A program made the position numbers and the translations under genes. From an uncultured Flavobacteriales bacterium (GTDB lineage: Bacteria; Bacteroidota; Bacteroidia; Flavobacteriales; BACL11), in NCBI GenBank assembly GCA_905612305.1, contig CAJQRK010000007.1:11886-75885 (forward strand): 64,000 nucleotides of DNA, given 5' to 3'. Of the stretch, positions 61,127 to 64,000 are shown one piece after another; within the stretch, counting starts at the first letter, position 1, and every line of letters starts with the position of its first letter. A model generated the notes under the pieces. That model did no database searches. It had not been told where the DNA came from and saw only the letters and a list, made by a program, of their open reading frames with translations.

Positions 61127-62863
61127 ATGATAAACTACAGTATTTCATATAACAATCCTCATAGGCATTATGTAGATTTTGAACTTTCTACCACTACAAA
61201 TGGAAAGGAAAGCATCCAGTTTCAATTAGCTGCATGGCGCCCAGGCCGTTATGAATTAGCCGATTTTGCACAAAACATACAAAAATGGGGCGCTTTTGAT
61301 GAACACAATAACTCTTTGCCTTTTAAAAAAATTACTAAAGATTTATGGGAAGTACAAACAGAAGGGGTTATGCAAATTACTATTGCATATAACTTTTACG
61401 CTAACCAATTAGATGCTGGCTCTTGTTATTTGGATGAACATCAGCTGTATTTAAACCCTGTACACTGTATGTTCTATATTGTGGATAGAATGAAAGAAGA
61501 ATATAAAATTGAATTAAATATTCCTAAAAATTATGAGATTGCCTCATCAATGAAGCAAGAAGGGAATGCACTCACAGTAAAAGGATATGATATGCTTTCA
61601 GAATCACCAATTATTTGTTCGGATACATTACAGCACGAAACTTATGATGTTGATGGAATTACATTTCATTTGTGGTTTCAAGGAGCATGTAAGCTAGATT
61701 GGGAAAAGTTAAAAAAAGATTTCACAGCTTTCACTAAAAGTCAGATAAAATATTTTGGAAGTTTTCCTGTGGACGAGTACCATTACTTCTTTCAGGTTAC
61801 ACCTTACAGATCTTACCATGGAGTAGAACACACCAAAAATACCGTTTTACTTTTAGGTCCTGGAAACGAGATTATGGATAAAAGATATGAAGATTTGTTG
61901 GGAGTTTGTTCCCATGAATTGTATCATACTTGGAATATAAAAGCAATCAGGCCAGTGGAAATGTACCCTTATGATTATACAAAAGAAAATTACTTTAGAA
62001 CTGGTTTTGTAGCAGAAGGGGTTACCACTTATATGGGTGATATGATGCTTTATAATTCTGGAGTTTTTACTTGGGAAGAATTTGCAAAAACCCAAAATCA
62101 GAACTTGGAGAGACATTTAACGAATTATGGAAGGTTAAATCTTTCGGTTGCCGATAGTGGTTTTGATAATTGGCTGGATGGCTATAAATTAGGTGCTCCT
62201 GATAGGAAAACATCTATTTATCCAGATGCAGCACTTTGTATGCTAATGGTAGATTTAGAAATTATCAGAAATACGGAAGGAAAGAATAGTTTACACTCTA
62301 TAATGAAAGAACTCTATGAAGATTTTGCGCTTAAAGAAAAAGGATATTCTGAAGATGATTTCAGAAACATTTGCGTGAAATTTGGAGGACTAAAAGTAGC
62401 TGAGGTTTTTGAAAATCATATTTATGGGACTCAGGATTACATCCCAACTTTAAAAACGGCTTTGGAAGTAGCTGGTTTGGAATTAAAAGAAAAGACAAAC
62501 CCTAATCTTTCTGCTCAATATTTTGGATTTGCAGCTGTAAAAGAGGATGGTAAAATCATTATTAAAAAAGTAGAACCGAATTCGGTTACTGATAAAAATG
62601 GAATTGCCCCAGAGGATGAAATTACAAAAGTAAATGGAGTAAAAATAGAAGGAAAGCTTTCTGACATCTGGATTAGAGATCTTAACATCAAACTTCCTAT
62701 CGTGAAAGGATGTAAAGAGAATGTCTCTTTAACAATAAAAAAGAAATTCTCAGAAAAATCAATATCTTTAGCTATTGGAAATTATTATAAACTTTGGGAA
62801 TTAGTTAAGAAAGAAGATGCTACAGATGAACAATTAGCTTTAAGAAAAATATGGTCTAGTTAA
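61127..62863 (+). CDS. M61 family (glycyl) aminopeptidase with C-terminal PDZ domain
   Basis: 578 aa. Zinc motif HELYHTWN and a PDZ-like segment GKIIIKKVEPNSVTDKNGIAPEDEITKVNG. Confidence 0.85.
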   Translation: MINYSISYNNPHRHYVDFELSTTTNGKESIQFQLAAWRPGRYELADFAQNIQKWGAFDEHNNSLPFKKITKDLWEVQTEGVMQITIAYNFYANQLDAGSCYLDEHQLYLNPVHCMFYIVDRMKEEYKIELNIPKNYEIASSMKQEGNALTVKGYDMLSESPIICSDTLQHETYDVDGITFHLWFQGACKLDWEKLKKDFTAFTKSQIKYFGSFPVDEYHYFFQVTPYRSYHGVEHTKNTVLLLGPGNEIMDKRYEDLLGVCSHELYHTWNIKAIRPVEMYPYDYTKENYFRTGFVAEGVTTYMGDMMLYNSGVFTWEEFAKTQNQNLERHLTNYGRLNLSVADSGFDNWLDGYKLGAPDRKTSIYPDAALCMLMVDLEIIRNTEGKNSLHSIMKELYEDFALKEKGYSEDDFRNICVKFGGLKVAEVFENHIYGTQDYIPTLKTALEVAGLELKEKTNPNLSAQYFGFAAVKEDGKIIIKKVEPNSVTDKNGIAPEDEITKVNGVKIEGKLSDIWIRDLNIKLPIVKGCKENVSLTIKKKFSEKSISLAIGNYYKLWELVKKEDATDEQLALRKIWSS

Positions 62864-62864
62864 G

Positions 62865-63053
62865 ATGAAAAAAATAAAATTACATAAAGGAAAAAAACAT
62901 AGTATTTGCTCTTGTGAAATGAGCAAAAGCTTACCTTTTTGTGATAATACACATAGAACTTACAATGAGAAAAATCAAACAAATTATAAATCAGTAAAAA
63001 TTATTGCACAAGACACTGTAATAATTGACATAAATTCGTCTACTTGGAAATAA
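62865..63053 (+). CDS. CDGSH iron-sulfur domain protein
   Basis: 62 aa. CSCEMSKSLPFCDNTH fits C-x-C-x2-S-x3-P-x-C-D-[G>N]-T-H. Confidence 0.75.
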   Translation: MKKIKLHKGKKHSICSCEMSKSLPFCDNTHRTYNEKNQTNYKSVKIIAQDTVIIDINSSTWK

Positions 63054-63589
63054 TGAAAACAGTTATTTTACATAATAAAACATTTGAAGTTTTTATTCCT
63101 GAAACAGAAATTTCAGCCATAGTTCATTCAATGGCTAATCAGATTAATAATATTGGAGTAAAAGATCCGCTTTTTATTGCTGTAATGAATGGAGCTTTTT
63201 TGTTTGCTGCAGATATAATGAGAAATATTATTATTCCGAATGCGGAGATTTCTTTTATAAAACTCTCCTCCTATTCAGGCACTGAAACTACAGGAAAGGT
63301 AAATCAACTTATTGGAATAAGTGATGATATATCTGGCAGAAATATTATAATACTAGAAGATATTGTCGACACAGGAATTACTTTAGAAAAAATTATCTCC
63401 TTACTCGAAAAAGAGAATGTAGCAGATATCAAAATTGCTGCATTATTATTTAAACCTGATGCTTACACAAAAGATATTTCTATTGATTATATTGGGAAAT
63501 CAATTGCTAATGATTTTGTTGTTGGTTATGGCTTGGATTATGATGAAATTGGCCGTAATTTGCCACATATTTACAAACTAAAAAATTAA
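63053..63589 (+). CDS. hpt: hypoxanthine(-guanine) phosphoribosyltransferase
   Basis: PRPP-binding motif NIIILEDIVDTGIT. ATG at 63053 (MKTVILHN.., a TAATG overlap with the CDGSH stop) is preferred to the track's TTG at 63044. Confidence 0.9.
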   Translation: MKTVILHNKTFEVFIPETEISAIVHSMANQINNIGVKDPLFIAVMNGAFLFAADIMRNIIIPNAEISFIKLSSYSGTETTGKVNQLIGISDDISGRNIIILEDIVDTGITLEKIISLLEKENVADIKIAALLFKPDAYTKDISIDYIGKSIANDFVVGYGLDYDEIGRNLPHIYKLKN

Positions 63590-63592
63590 ACA

Positions 63593-64000
63593 ATGTTAAA
63601 TTTAGTTTTATTTGGCCCTCCAGGTGCTGGCAAAGGGACGCAATCGAACCGATTAATTGACAAATTTAATTTGGTTCATTTATCTACTGGCGATATCCTA
63701 AGGGGAGAAATAATTGCAGGAACAAATCTTGGAATGGAAGCAAAAGCAATAATGGATAGAGGTGATTTAGTCTCGGATGAAATAGTTATTGCTATGATTT
63801 CTGCCAAATTGGATAACAACCCAAATGCTAATGGTTTTATTTTTGATGGCTTCCCAAGAACTACTGCACAAGCCACTGCTTTGGATGATTTATTAGAAGA
63901 GAAAAGAACTTCTATCTCAGCAATGCTTTCCTTAAAAGTAGAGGATGAAGAATTAATAAAAAGATTACTTGCTAGAGGAGAGGATTCTGGAAGAGCTGAT
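63593..64000 (+). CDS. adk: adenylate kinase (partial; runs off the window end)
   Basis: Not in the ORF track (no stop in the window). Hand translation gives MLNLVLFGPPGAGKGTQSNRLIDKFNLVHLSTGDILRGE... with the P-loop and AMP-binding region. Confidence 0.93.
   Translation, partial: MLNLVLFGPPGAGKGTQSNRLIDKFNLVHLSTGDILRGEIIAGTNLGMEAKAIMDRGDLVSDEIVIAMISAKLDNNPNANGFIFDGFPRTTAQATALDDLLEEKRTSISAMLSLKVEDEELIKRLLARGEDSGRAD

Noticed and set aside
63676-63876. 66-aa minus-strand ORF near the window end.
   Set aside because: It is antisense to the adenylate kinase frame, whose P-loop and AMP-binding motifs are clear in the + strand.

Overview
AT-rich chromosomal window that looks like Bacteroidota (Flavobacteriia-like). 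This is inferred from T9SS sorting domains, SprB-type repeats, TAnnTTTG promoter boxes, and atpDC and tuf lying apart from their usual clusters. Most of it is core genome. On the minus strand, 1-23.2 kb holds a partial ubiD-like gene, gltA, eno and carA. These are followed by the complete alpha/spc/S10/str ribosomal cluster (rplQ to rpsL, with rpoA, infA, map, secY, fusA). That cluster includes rpmJ and rpmD, which are too short for the ORF track and were translated by hand. 23.4-34.4 kb is an 11-kb block of giant SprB-repeat/T9SS surface-protein genes. One of them is split by an 11-nt poly-C tract, a candidate phase-variation switch and the most interesting signal here. The other carries an N-terminal plastocyanin-like domain. 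Downstream lie a UvrD-like helicase, a NarL/LiaS-type two-component pair followed by an unexplained 371-nt spacer, ribF, atpDC, a YiiX-like lipoprotein, dtd and rsgA. A small accessory patch follows: a secreted protein, an acyltransferase-3 and a phosphodiesterase-LamG protein, with 35-nt direct repeats and a relic gene start. Next come a GldA-like ABC ATPase, then metF-metH behind a clear SAM-I riboswitch, divergent from metK, which has its own structured leader. The window ends with a BNR-propeller T9SS protein, lpdA, a GT9 glycosyltransferase, an M61 peptidase, a CDGSH protein, hpt and partial adk. No rRNA, tRNA, CRISPR array, transposase or integrase was seen. All calls come from reading the sequence and translations by eye; no searches or folding programs were run.
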